Assembly (NCBI RefSeq): GCF_001194135.2
Contig: NC_068989.1
Location: 29,626,355-29,690,354 of the forward strand
Source of the DNA: Octopus bimaculoides
Lineage: Eukaryota
Direction of reading: 5' to 3'
DNA: 64,000 nt
The translations under genes were made by a program, and so were the position numbers. Below are positions 50,110 to 63,324 of the stretch, in pieces (positions within the stretch are counted from its first letter, which is position 1; the number at the start of each line of letters is the position of its first letter). A model generated the notes under the pieces. The model did no database searches, was not told the origin of the DNA, and saw only the letters and a program-made list of their open reading frames with translations.

Positions 50110-50195
50110 TTTTTGAGGAGTCGGAGTTAGCTGATTTTCACCAACTCCAACTCCTAAGACACAAAAATTGTCTCGACTCCAACTCCACAGCCCTG
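50110..50195 (-). mobile_element. DNA-transposon terminal fragment
   Basis: RC begins CAGGGCTGTGGAGTTGGAGTCG, with repeated GGAGTY motifs in both orientations. Confidence 0.5.
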
Positions 50196-50849
50196 CTGTA
50201 CCCTAATACTTTATGTTCCCTCACCAAGAATATACTTTGTAAGAATGCATATCTAATACTTGAATCTTCAGTTCACTTCACCCACCCATATGGTTAACAC
50301 TTTGAATAAAGCTGTATAGGAATGTCAACCTTTGCATAAATGTGTATTGCAATTGATTTAATATAAATCAACTAAATGCATATAAATGCTACATCAAAGG
50401 ACACTAGGACACTTGTTTACCAGAAACACATCAAATTGGAATTTGATGAAAAAGGTATTTTAATAAATAAATTTTGAAGATGTATAAATTGCCATTCTTC
50501 ATTATTTATATAGTTGATATCATGAGTAGTTGATGTATAAACTGACTAAGAATGGCCAAAGTAACTAAGGAGTTATTCTATATATCAAAAAATAGTATCT
50601 TAGAAACAGAGTGAAAGTATCTTGGTAATGTTCTTTAGGATGAGTAGACTAAGTTGGAATGGTTAATACAAGTCAGGAACATAGTCATCAGTGTTAACTT
50701 TTTTTATAACACTTACTGCCAGTTGAGTTGTTGTGTACGCTAAGAAATTAATCATGTATCTTACATGAACTAAAATTGTACTACCTGTGTTCATGCACAT
50801 CATATTTTATACTTTTGTTTTATTTATTTGGTCCTGAATGTTTGAGGAT

Positions 50850-52690
50850 CTAGGGAAATGGTGGTTCAGTTGAGTAGTAATAAATATATTTGCATATCTG
50901 ACATGGAAGAGCAGTTTGCCAGCGGGCAAACACTCTCACAAACCTTCTGTTTAGATATTGAAAGCTATCCTCTAACTCCTCACTTGCTCTCCCTATCAAA
51001 TTTGCAACCTTAAGGTAGCCACAATCAACACAGGCACAATGAAAGGTAGGTCTGGAAAGATTGTTGAAATGCAAAAAAGTATGTTACATGAAAGAGGTTA
51101 GATGAAAAGAAACCTCAGCTAGACTCTTCATGGGCAAAGAACCATAGGAACAAAGTCTTCTGAGTATGCAAGAGTGATAGTATGGGGAGTATGCAGACTT
51201 CTAGCAGGGAAATAGGTAGATAAAGTGATCAAGGTAGTCAGAGTGTGTAATAGAATTAAGCTTAGACTAGACTTGGAGAATATGATAACTTTTATCTCTG
51301 CCCTGTGCTCTTCAATAGGGACTGCTCGATGAAAAGGTGATTTTTATTATGCTCTTTTGCGGATTAACTCAGGGACAAATGACGGTGACCTTATCTTCAT
51401 GGCTGATGACTTCAACAAATATATTGGGCAGCATCATGGTGGTTTACACAGTTGTATCGAGGCTACAGATTTAAGTTATCAAAATGAGGAGAAAGCCAGG
51501 CTCTTGGAGTTCTGTGATATAAATAAATGAATGAGCAGCATCACTAACTTCAGGAAATCAGTTAATCACCTGAACACCTATCAATCTGAGCACACAAACC
51601 AGACTGACAACACTCTCATGAGAAAGGGGGATAGACAGATGATTGTAAATGCAAAGTCCTTTCCTGATGAAGAATGTAGTACTCAACCACTAACAAAGGT
51701 TAATTGTTTTAGACACAGAGCTCAAAGGACTCAGACATAAGCCAGTCTGGAAAAAGGAAGATCCATTGAACAAAGATTAGAGACAACCTAATTGAAACAT
51801 TTGATGAGGAGATAGAGGGGTATGACAGAACAACTGGAAGTTCTTACAGGACAACCATTGAGGGTTACAGACCAAATCTGTGGCTGGTACAAAGTCATAG
51901 CCAGACTAAGAGTGATGTGAAGTAGACAAAGCTATAAAAGTGAAGAGACAGGCTTCAAAGAATTGGAAGAATGAGGGCAGCAGAGAATTATATGCAGTAT
52001 CCAGAAGAGAAGCTAGTTAACAGGTATATTTAGCAAGGAGAGAAGCAAAAAAGAGGAGGTTAACCTATGTTGTGTGGCACAAGGACCAGCAGTATGAGAC
52101 ATTCCAGATTGGAAGACAGTGTATCTGAGAAAATAGAGATATTATGGGAGAGAAGTGTGTATGGATGGATAATGGTACACTTGCACTTAATGATTCTGAA
52201 AAGAGGCAGCATGGAAGTGCCACTATGATAAACTATTAAATGTAAAGCAAGCATGAAAGAAAAACAGCCTTCTAAATGTGAACCCATCAGAGGGAGTAGC
52301 TATTCTAGCTGACAATAATATGATGAGAAAATCAATTAAGGATATAAAGACAGGAAAACCCTCTGGTCCATCAGAAATTACTCTTGAGATGCTTAAACTA
52401 TCTGACAGTGTGAGATACAGTCTAGTCTCCTTTACAGTAAATCAAGTTGTACTGGAAGGTAACATAACTGAGAATGGTGTAGCATTATAATCAACTGTTA
52501 CAAGGGTAAAGGAAATACCTTAGAGAGGTGTAGTTACAGGAGTATTAAATGGCTGGACCAGATCAGTAAAGTTACAGATAGCATTTTAACTCAAGTAATT
52601 AGAAAGACAGTTAGTTTACATGAGATGCAATTCGATTTTGTGTCAAGAAGAAATACTACTTCTCCTAGTAAGGCAACTTACTTCATCAAC
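50850..52690 (+). mobile_element. RTE LINE 5' half (APE endonuclease plus RT start)
   Basis: LKVATINTGTMKGRSGKIVEM, ADDFN, RLLEFCD, ITNFRK, NAKSFPDEEC, EMQFDF. Confidence 0.8.
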
Positions 52691-52694
52691 CTAG

Positions 52695-54050
52695 AGAAGC
52701 AGTCAAGATTCTTTGATCCCTGAACTAGTGGTTACTGCAGGTAGTAGAATAAACATATGGGTGGTGAGTACAAATTTCTCCTTTGTTATATTACCATTTT
52801 CTTTCGATGACATCTTGTTTATTCTTTTTTCCCAATGTTTTGTGATCTTGATTTTACCATGCACTTTTACGTGTCCGATTTTTCTAGAATGAAAAGATTT
52901 CACTTAAATGGGCAGTTTTTTCTCAGGTGTACAATTCCACATGCAAAACATGGATTTGTTTCCTGATTTTTGTCCTGTTTGTTGTGTATTTTAGTACACA
53001 CTTGATTTCTATTCTGCCTGTTTTGCACTTGTTTCACGTGGGAGCAATCTTTATGTTCAATTTTCTCTGTGACATACCTTAAATCTACTATTCTTTCACA
53101 CTCTTCTGACACTTGTTGTAAGGTTACAGCTTGGTTTTGTTCCAGCTTAGCGAGAATTCTTGTTCTTTCTTCTGTGTCTTCTGCAGTTAGACCCTGAGTA
53201 AATATCAGGCACTTGAACATGTCTGGCATTAATTCATCCAATTTGAACTTTACACATTCCCTGTTAACTCTACCAGCACGTGAAGTAGTCCTCCTCCTCC
53301 TTCTTTTCTAGGTTCAATCATTTCCAATGTATATTGAACAATGTGCTTTTCTTGCTAACAGTGTCTAATGTATTTCTAAAGTTTATGCCAGAAGTTTTTT
53401 TACAGGAGTACATAATTGCTGTAACACTCCTGCTGCCAGTCTTCTTAGGATTAGACACATTTGCATATCGTCGTCCTAATCTTTGCACCCTTTATTGAAG
53501 ATCTGTTCGTATCTTCTATAGTACGCCTTGAAGGTAACTCCTTCGTCTGGTTCATACTTAAATTCCATTATTGAGTTTGCAACATAATCTAGCGAGAACA
53601 TATTTTCAGCATTTTTGGATGACTTACTATTCATTAATTGCAGCTTTTGTTGTTGTAATGGTAATTGTTGTTGTTGTTGTCCTTACAGTTGTTATTGTTG
53701 TTGTTCTTGCAGTAGTAATTGTTGTTGTTGCTGTTTCTGCAGCTGTTGATGCTGTTTTTGCAACTCGAACAAACTGGCCAACAAATCTTCCATCATTTTA
53801 AGCTTTTGTATACTGTAAAATTCATACAAAAAACTTTTGTGAGTTTCATAGCTCCTTCTGAGTTTGTTAATTCCATGTCACCACTGTTGTAATCCAAAGT
53901 CAGACTGTTATAAAGTCCACTCCGATATAGCGGTGTGGTTAGTTAGACAACTAAGACACAACTATCTATGACCAACCTGGCTGACTTCTTGACCCATTCA
54001 ACTTTCTACTTCACAGTATTTGTAACGACTTTCACATACCACTCATCACA
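52695..54050 (-). mobile_element. Ty3/gypsy 5' fragment (LTR, PBS-like, gag)
   Basis: LTR TGTGATGAG...TTACAACA (54050-53885), adjacent GTGGTGAC; FKYEPDEGVTFKAYYRRYE; FKCLIFTQGL; CFACGIVHLRKNC zinc knuckle. Confidence 0.75.
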
Positions 54051-54099
54051 TAGGAGGGGTGTTCCATTATTATTATTATTGGTATTAATATCCCCATAA

Positions 54100-54545
54100 C
54101 AATATTGTATATATTGGGCCTCACAGAAGCAATGACAAGTGATCAATACCTTTAGCGATATGCCATGCTTGAAAAGACTGGTTAAGTCAAGTGAAACTGT
54201 AGTTGCGGCTGATGCTGGTGTCACATAACAAGCACCCATGTTAGTGACACATAAAAAGCACCCTTCAAACGTTGGGACTCACGGAGGTGATTAGTGGCCA
54301 AGACCTTTGGTGATATGCTGTGCTTGAGAAGACTTGTCAAGCCAAGAGAAATCAGAGTTGTGTCACATAAAAAGTATCCATTACATACTTGGAGTGGTTG
54401 GTGCTAGGAAGGGAATCCAGCTATATAAACCTTGCCAAATCAGACTGGAACCTGGTACAGCTCTCCAGTTTACCAGTTTCAGTCAAACCATCAAACCCAT
54501 GCCAGCATGGAAGGTAGATGTTAAATGATGATGATGATCATTATC
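54100..54545 (+). mobile_element. RTE 3' UTR and (GAT)n tail
   Basis: Ceph-like block tggttggtgctaggaagggaatccagct and the shared terminal motif. Confidence 0.7.
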
Positions 54546-56177
54546 ATTATTTTAACTTGGATATATACTGTTTAAAGCATGTTCACTGTCTTCAGTTATC
54601 TGATGTCATCAACAGTAAGGATATAAGTTCCACTGGTACTCCATCCAAGTCATTCTAAACCAGGGGTTGGGAAACTTTTTAGTGTAGCAGGCAAAAATTT
54701 CCAAAGAAAAAGATCCGCAGGCAGATCACAAGTTCTGACCCTTGTATCTGTGTAAATCTTGTTTTTATCTTTGTATAATTTGATATACATTAATAAAGAC
54801 GAGTTTAACACATTAAATTAATGTGTAACATCTTCATTAATGCTGCCACTGAATTTAAAATGTTTATATTACTTATGAGGTATTCTATATTTTTCAAAAT
54901 GTACCTATCCTAATGTAGGAGAAACCATAACAATCAAGCACAGACTGAATTTAATTTGGAAAAATTATACTAATACCTAAATAACATTATATGTAAATGA
55001 CATATTTAAACAAATTGATCCTAGTGATTATTTTATCAAAACTAATTAACCTTAACTTTAATTTCTCAGGATTGATGGATTTGTAGAAGTCCAATAAAGA
55101 CAGATTATTATATTTCAATTTTATTAAGTTATCCAACTGAAAATCAATTCTAATTGTAAGGAATATGGAGCCTCCTCAGGACAAAACCATGTAGTTCGAT
55201 TTTATCTTGTATTTCTTCAAATCTACTTTCAAATTTCTTCGAAAGACTTTCACACTCATCAGAATATTCCTTTGTTGATTCAGGATTTTGTTTGCTCAAT
55301 CTCAGAAAATGTGTGAAGCACTTTCTTTTCAATTGCGAGACAAATAAATGAATCATCGATTCAAAGCTTTTGATATGAGAAAGCAAACTGATTATTAGCT
55401 GATTGGAACCTTGTAGTAACAATTTCAAATTATTTAAATGACTAAAAATGCTAAATCACTCTGAAACTTTTTATCTTCCAGTTCTATAATAGGAACACTT
55501 AATATCCATAAAAATTTTCACTTCTTCCTTCAGTTCATAAAATCACTTAAGCATTTGGGCCTTACCTAACCACCTAACTTCACAAGGGTACAATAAATCT
55601 CCATATTCGGCTTCAAGATCTTTCAAAAATTCTTTAAATTCCCTATTATTCAACCCTTTGCTTTTTATCAAATTAACAGCCTTAGTTACAACTTTCATTA
55701 CATTGCTCATCTTGAAAGATTTTGCACATAAACTTTCCATATGAATAAAGCAGTGACACACAAAGTTTCCAGATCCAAAAGATGCTTCTTAAATTCATTG
55801 TTAATCAGAGCTACAAACCCTTTTTCACGACCTACCATAGATGGAGCGCCATCTGTAGCAAGACCACTCATTTTTTCATTTGATAAATCAAAATCCTTTA
55901 CGTCTGAGTCGACCATTTGAAATAGATCTTCACTTCTAGTTGTTCTGTACATTGATTTCAAGGCAAGAAATTCTTCTCAAATATTGAATTTTTCAGTTAT
56001 TCCATGGATAAATATTGCCATCTGAGCAGTTGTCTCATCAATAGCTAATGAATACAATACAAATTCTGCTGCATCAGATTTTAGAGAATTTTGAATGTCA
56101 TCAGCAATATCTTTAATACAATCAGAAACAGTTCTTCTTGATAAGGTGATATTTACAAGCAAACTAAGTTTTCTGTA

Positions 56178-58866
56178 CAAGCATACCTCAGCTTAAGTTA
56201 TTCTCGATTATACGTTGATTTTCAAAAATAATATATGGAAAAATAAAAATCAAGTTCAGTCATTTTACTCGACTTTACGTCTGTCCGCCACAAATATTGG
56301 AATTGTAAAATCACTAGAAAACTATTAAAAGCACATAAAATCATGTTACTGTACAATAAATAAGAATAAAAGCATGTAAAATCATATTAAAATATGTACA
56401 GTAAATGTTAAGACACACCATAAAGTAGTGTAGCTTAGTGAATGAAATCATGAAATCAGCTGTGTTGTCTTATTTATCGATCTTTCGGAGCTTATATTGC
56501 ACTGCAGTTCCAATATGTACTGTTGTCACTCATGATTCCTGTGATTGTTTTGAATTCAGATTTGTTTACATCTGTTTTTCGGCTACTTTCATTCTCATTC
56601 ATTTGTAACTTTATTTTTTGCCCCCATGACTTCTAAGAAAATTCATAGTTAAAGTGCTAAGTGTCATGCTATAATGCTGGAAGATATGATAAAATGCCAT
56701 GAAAAAGGTGAAAAAGTGGTAGCAATTGCATGATCTTTTGGGATGAATCGGACACCCGTATTGACGATTGTACATAAGATTTTAGCACATATCAAATCTG
56801 AAGCTCCAGGGATGAAGAACACTGTCATCAATAAAAGGCAAAAATTTTTTGAAGAAATGGAAAGTCTTCTTTCCATTTAGTCAAGAAGAAATCATTCAAG
56901 AGAAAGCGTTGTCTTTGTTTCAGGACCTGAAGAAAAAATATCCAGATGAGAAAGATGTAGAGTTCAAGGCAAGTCAAGGATGATTCATGAGATTTAAGGT
57001 GCTAAGAAGTTATCACTCCATTAAGAAGCAAGGTGAAAGTGCATCAGCTGATGAACAAGCAGCAGTGGAATTTCCTAATGCATTAAAGAAAATCATTGAA
57101 GAAAATGGGTTTCTTCCTGAACAGATTTTTAATGTAGATGAAACTGGATTGTATTGGAAAAAAATTCCAGACCATTCATTCATTTCCAAGGAAGAGAAAA
57201 CTATTCCAGACGACAAGGTCTCAAAAGAATGTGTGACCATCATGTTGGGAGGTAACTGTGCAGAAGATTTTAAGTTAAAGCCATCGCTTGTGTGTCATGC
57301 ACACAACCCCCATGCCCTGAAGAACATACCCAAGGTATCTTACCCTGTTATATGGAAGGCTAATTTGAAAGCATGGGCTACTGTTGCTGTTTTTGAAGAT
57401 TGGTTCTTCAATCATTTTATCCCAGCAGCAGAGAAGTACTGTAAGGAGAAGGGGGTTCCTTTTAAGGTTTTACTTATCTTAGATAATGCTCCAGGCCACC
57501 TGCGAAACATTGTAGATTTTGACCTCAACATTACTGTCGTATACCTCCCTCCGAACACCACATCTCTTCTGCAGGATCAAGGAATAATCGCTATCTTCAA
57601 GCATTACTATATAAAGCATACGCTGCAGTAAGCAATAGTTGCAACTGATCTTGACAAGTTCATCACACTTCATGACTTTTAGAAGAGATACAATATCTAA
57701 AAGGCTGTACAGAAAATAGCAGTGGCATGGAATGATGTAGAGAGCATGGCTATGAATGGTGTATGGAAGAGGCTATGCCTGCAATTCATGAATGATTTTA
57801 AGGGGTTTGATAATGTTGCCATCAACAAAACGTTGGTGACTACAAGCAAAAAACTGGAAATGGATTTGGAGGAGGAAGATTACACAGATTTATTTGAAAA
57901 AGACAAGCAGCTCCTGACGGACAAGGATTTGATAGAGCTTTATGAGCAGCAAAATAAAGAAGAGCAAGTCAAACCTGAGCCACACCACTTTACCTTTAAG
58001 AAAATGCAGCAAGCATTTGCATATATCGAAAAAGGTCTTTCTATGTTTGAGGATATGAATCCAAATGCTTGACTCTTTTCCAAGATTATGGGGGCTTGTT
58101 ACAAAGCTTTTGCTCCTTATAATGTAATCCTTGAGGAAAAGAAGACAGTTCAAGGAATTCTCAACTGGTTTTTTAAGCGCATCGAACAACAAGAACAGCC
58201 AGAGTCAGCTGCTGATTTTGACGATCCACAGCCATCTACATCTGCGATGTAAACCACCAGATTGTATGTAGGTAGTGGTATATTTTAAATAATTTAGTTT
58301 TTTTTTACTATCGCAAAATAATAATTACTGAATTTGTTTCTTAAGCTTAAAAAAGGTTTTTGTTTTACCATGTCTTATTGCAAACCGCATTCATAAAGCA
58401 TCCTTCATGTACGGTAAACACCGCCAAATTGTAAATTTAGATTACTTTTTTTTACTGTACTGTATTAAAAAATAAAAGTTATTTGTTTTTAAGCTTAAAA
58501 TTTGAAAGCATCTAAACATTAGATAGCCTCCTTGTAAGAAAATCTGACCAAAAGACAAGCTTTCTTTAAAAGGCCGATTCTTGAAAGTGAATCAGTAACC
58601 CGAGCTAGTGATGCGAAAATATTGCTAAAAAACTCAAACCACATAGCAATGGTGAATTCATGAAAGAATGTATCCTTACTGCTGTTCATAATATACATGG
58701 TTTTTATTAACCATGTATTATTGAAAATGCATTCATAAATAAAGTACAGAACTGGGATCGGCTATTATCGGTTTAGTCTAGGGACATGTTAATTCGACTT
58801 AAGTCATTTTTTGACTTAAGTCATGTCTCCTGGAATTAATTAACGAAGTAGGGTGAGGTGTGCCTG
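56178..58866 (+). mobile_element. Tigger/pogo-like element, near full length, degraded
   Basis: TIRs CAAGCATACCTC / RC CAGGCACACCTC with TA flanks; FKASQG, QIFNVDETGLYWK, LILDNAPGH, LPPNTTSLLQ. Confidence 0.88.
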
Positions 58867-59073
58867 TATATATATATATTATGAACAGCAGTAAGGATAC
58901 ATTCTTTCATGAATTCCCCATTGCTATGTGGTTTGAGTTTTTTAGCAATATTTTCGCATAACTAGCTCGAGTTACTGATTCACTTTCAAGAATCGGCCTT
59001 TTAAAGAAAGCTTGTCTTTTGGTCAGATTTTCTTACAAGGAGGCTATCTAATGTTTAGATTCTTTCAAATTTT
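58497..59073. repeat. 199-bp near-perfect inverted repeat (58497-58695 / 58875-59073)
   Basis: About 4 mismatches by eye; the spacer contains the Tigger right TIR. Confidence 0.85.
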
Positions 59074-60049
59074 CATTGATCTTATGTTTACTCACAAAAT
59101 GTCTCTCAATATTATATTTTTTATGAATGGTTACTTGTCCATTGAAAATAAGACAAATGCACTTGTTATCTATTTCAATAAAAAAATAAAGCTCAGTCCA
59201 TTTTTAATCAAACAAAGCACATTCACCAGCACTTGTTTTTTAGGATTTTTATAACCGTTTGCCATATTGATAAGGGTATTAAAAAATTGATTTAACAAAG
59301 TTANNNNNNNNNNNNNNNNNNNNNNNNNNNNNNNNNNNNNNNNNNNNNNNNNNNNNNNNNNNNNNNNNNNNNNNNNNNNNNNNNNNNNNNNNNNNNNNNN
59401 NNNNNNNNNNNNNNNNNNNNNNNNNNNNNNNNNNNNNNNNNNNNNNNNNNNNNNNNNNNNNNNNNNNNNNNNNNNNNNNNNNNNNNNNNNNNNNNNNNNN
59501 NNNNNNNNNNNNNNNNNNNNNNNNNNNNNNNNNNNNNNNNNNNNNNNNNNNNNNNNNNNNNNNNNNNNNNNNNNNNNNNNNNNNNNNNNNNNNNNNNNNN
59601 NNNNNNNNNNNNNNNNNNNNNNNNNNNNNNNNNNNNNNNNNNNNNNNNNNNNNNNNNNNNNNNNNNNNNNNNNNNNNNNNNNNNNNNNNNNNNNNNNNNN
59701 NNNNNNNNNNNNNNNNNNNNNNNNNNNNNNNNNNNNNNNNNNNNNNNNNNNNNNNNNNNNNNNNNNNNNNNNNNNNNNNNNNNNNNNNNNNNNNNNNNNN
59801 NNNNNNNNNNNNNNNNNNNNNNNNNNNNNNNNNNNNNNNNNNNNNNNNNNNNNNNNNNNNNNNNNNNNNNNNNNNNNNNNNNNNNNNNNNNNNNNNNNNN
59901 NNNNNNNNNNNNNNNNNNNNNNNNNNNNNNNNNNNNNNNNNNNNNNNNNNNNNNNNNNNNNNNNNNNNNNNNNNNNNNNNNNNNNNNNNNNNNNNNNNNN
60001 NNNNNNNNNNNNNNNNNNNNNNAAAAATTTTTTTTAACTTCTTGCATAG

Positions 60050-62422
60050 TTCGAGCCTACAGGAACATCATATCTCCGCCACTAATAGTTAACTATTACA
60101 TGTCAAAAGTGAAACAAAAACACTCATGTCAAATACTTTCACTTTAAAAATGAAACTATTCCACTGAAACAATCACATTTTGATACTGTAATGACAGATA
60201 CTTTCACTTTCATGGTTTCATTTTCATACTGATTCTACTACAGTGAAACTATACTCTCACATCTATACAGGCATACATACATATATACATACATGCATAT
60301 ATATATCTGCACAAATGTATCCATATACATGTATATATATATACATGTGTATATATATATAGATTATATATAGAGAGAGACAGAGACAGATGTATATGTA
60401 TACATATAGATGTATATGTACATGTATATGTATACATATATATATATAGATATACATCTATATGCATACATGTATATGTATACATATGTGTAGATGTATA
60501 TATATATAGAGATGTACATGTAATATGTACACATATATACATGCATACAGATATCTATACATATATACATTCATACACACACACATACACACAAACATAC
60601 AAATTAGTCATTTGTTTTTTTATCCAAAACTACGTCAGAAGTACTGAATGGATCTTTATGAAATTTGGAAATTATATTCTATGCATAACAGCCATAACCC
60701 CCATGAAAATTCAGATATTTTTGATGTTGATGAAATTTTAACCATACATATTACACACAAATAAAGTAATATTTCTAAAATTTCTTCTTGTTAGAAGTTA
60801 CAAAGACCCCTTCATGGGGACTTCACACCCACAATTTAGTCATTTTTCCTAAGCAAAGACGAATACAGTAGTACCATTGGAAGCTATAGGGTCACCCAAA
60901 TATAACAGATGAGCATTATTTCTAATTCAACGGTACAACAGTGTAAGACTATCCTTTCAGATATACTTACACTGTGATTTCTGCAATGTGGTGCATAAAT
61001 TGTCAAGTAAATGACATGTATCTTTGCCTCCACTGATTCACTTGGAAAGTGTTGAGTAAAATTATTTCGTTGCAGACCTCTTTTTATTAACACTTGGACA
61101 CACATAGTCCCCAGTTGGTAACATTGATTTCAAGGCCTTCCCAGATGAGTGACTGGTTGTTCTAAGATATTTATTGATTGTAAATTTTTTCTGCCCAGTT
61201 ACCTATCGGTATAGTGGTCATTTGCAAACTCCCGAGGCAACACTTTCATTTCCCTTTACTCCAAACGTCACACGTTGTTGTTTCAATTGGGTCATGCCCT
61301 TCCAATTGCTATAGATCTGTAATGCATCTTACAGCTGTGCCTGTCACTGTATGGTGAAGAACCCTACATTGGGGAGTAGCAACGACTAGGCTAGGGTAGC
61401 TGACTGATTATCGTGATCATTCGTCGTTTGGTTTTCTGTAGCTTTGCTCTCTTTTACAAACCCAGTGAATATACATATATTTCCTATTTCAAAGAAATTC
61501 AAACAATAGATATAAGACCAAAGTTAAAAAGATTCCCAACAATTCAACTTCTCTGGTTGACATTAAGACACCCACCCCCAACAGGGGCCTTAACTCCCAC
61601 ATTTTTCAGCTCCATGAGGTGCATTTTTCAGGAGCAAAATCCTTTTTACAGGGTCCATAACACTGGAATTTTGGAATGTGTGCATAAATATCAGATATAT
61701 AAAGATGAGAATGTGTGTCTGTGTGAATCCCTAAAACTCGAGAACTACACAACCAATTTCATTCCAAATTAACACATGCCTTACTTAGGGTCTATGTAGT
61801 GTCTTANNNNNNNNNNNNNNNNNNNNNNNNNNNNNNNNNNNNNNNNNNNNNNNNNNNNNNNNNNNNNNNNNNNNNNNNNNNNNNNNNNNNNNNNNNNNNN
61901 NNNNNNNNNNNNNNNNNNNNNNNNNNNNNNNNNNNNNNNNGTATTATGTGTCAAAAGTGAAACAATAACATGTAGCTACTGTAATTTCAAATACTTTCAC
62001 TTTAATACTTTCAATTTCATACTGAAACTATACTCTCACATATATACAAGCATACTATAAGACCCAAGTTAAAAACATTCCCAACAATTCAACTTCTCTG
62101 GTTGACATTAACACACCCACCCCCAATAGGGGCCTTCATTCCCACATTTTAGAGCTCCATGACCTCCATTTTTCAGGAGCAAAATCCTTTTTATAGGTTC
62201 CAGAAGACTGAAATTTTGGAATATGTGCATAAAGATCAATAGTATGGGATACATGTCTCATGATTAGAATTTATTTAGGGTGTGTAAAGGGGGGAAAGAA
62301 CCCTCATGTGCAATTTTCATGAAATTTGAATCATATGTATTCCAGTTCCTTACAGAAAATATAACAGAAAAGTCTCGTTCTTCAATTGCATGTAACATGG
62401 GAACGCCGGGTATCTCTGCTAG
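60050..62422 (+). mobile_element. Non-autonomous Helitron-derived cluster
   Basis: 3' end ACATGGG-AAC-GCCGGGT...CTGCTAG|T at 62422; internal duplicated blocks (60080-60270 vs 61941-62055; 61510-61700 vs 62056-62240); 5'-like atatataaagatgagaatgtgtgtctg at about 61695. Confidence 0.65.
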
Positions 62423-62464
62423 TTTCTTATAATCCTGTTCACAAAGCACCTAATTAGTAGTTTT

Positions 62465-62700
62465 TAATTTCTTTATTACCCACAAGAGGCTAAACATAGA
62501 GGGGATAAACAAGGACAGACAAAGGGATTAAGTCGATTACATTAACCCCAGTGTGTAACTGGTACTTAATTTATCAACCCCGAAAGGAGGAAAGGCAAAG
62601 TCGACCTTGGCGGATTTTGAACTTAGAACGTAACGGCAGACAAAATACCACTAAGCACTTCGCCCAGCATGCTAATGTTTCTGCCAGCTCGCCGCCTTAT
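62465..62700 (-). mobile_element. SINE (same family as 40855-41045)
   Basis: RC contains aagttcaaaatccgccaaggtcgactttgcctttcctcctttcggggttgataaattaagtaccag. Confidence 0.75.
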
Positions 62701-63324
62701 TAGTAGTTTCTTTTTTGATGAAGCTTTACCAATTTGTTTTTGGTTTTTAATAGATCTTTAAATATTTTTTGCTCGTCTATTAACAGAAAGAGGCTGAGTG
62801 TTGATTTCAGAGATATTTTCGTAAAAACATGAGAAATGAAATAGGGAGGAAAATTTAAATACTTGGGGTTCTTGGATATGAATAATTTTTACACAGTATC
62901 TTCTACAATCCTTCAGCTTTCATTTCATATAAAAGTGATTTCCATACATGCAATATATTTTTAGTTTTCTCAGGTAAAGTGTAGTTGGGTATCAAGTGGG
63001 GTGTACACACCTAGCAATATGTGTTTTATAGTGAAAACAAAATTTCCATTCAAATGGCAATTGCCAGATGATTTCCGTTTGAGTCTGACCGTTTTAAGTC
63101 ATAGTGGAAACCTGACCCATGTCGCAAATAAGCATACGAGTATTGTATGAATTTTATAATTGAAAAATTAACTTTAATTTGTATATACAAGTATATCAGA
63201 CTGTGGGCGCAATAAAATGGGCTCATGGGCATAATTGCGCCTGCAGGTGGGGGTTTCTCTACCCCTGTTCTAAACCATAGTATCCCCTAAAAGGAACTAG
63301 CCACAGGCAAATATTGTTTTATTG

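Larger units (their letters stand above)
54661..59300 (-). mobile_element. hAT (Charlie/SPIN, GTF2IRD2-like) transposon, interrupted by Tigger
   Basis: TIR CAGGGGTTGGGAAAC after TTCTAAAC; NGEFMKEC | LSRRTV, SLAIDETT, ATDGAPSM, HCFIH, EVRWL; other end lost in an N gap. Confidence 0.85.
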
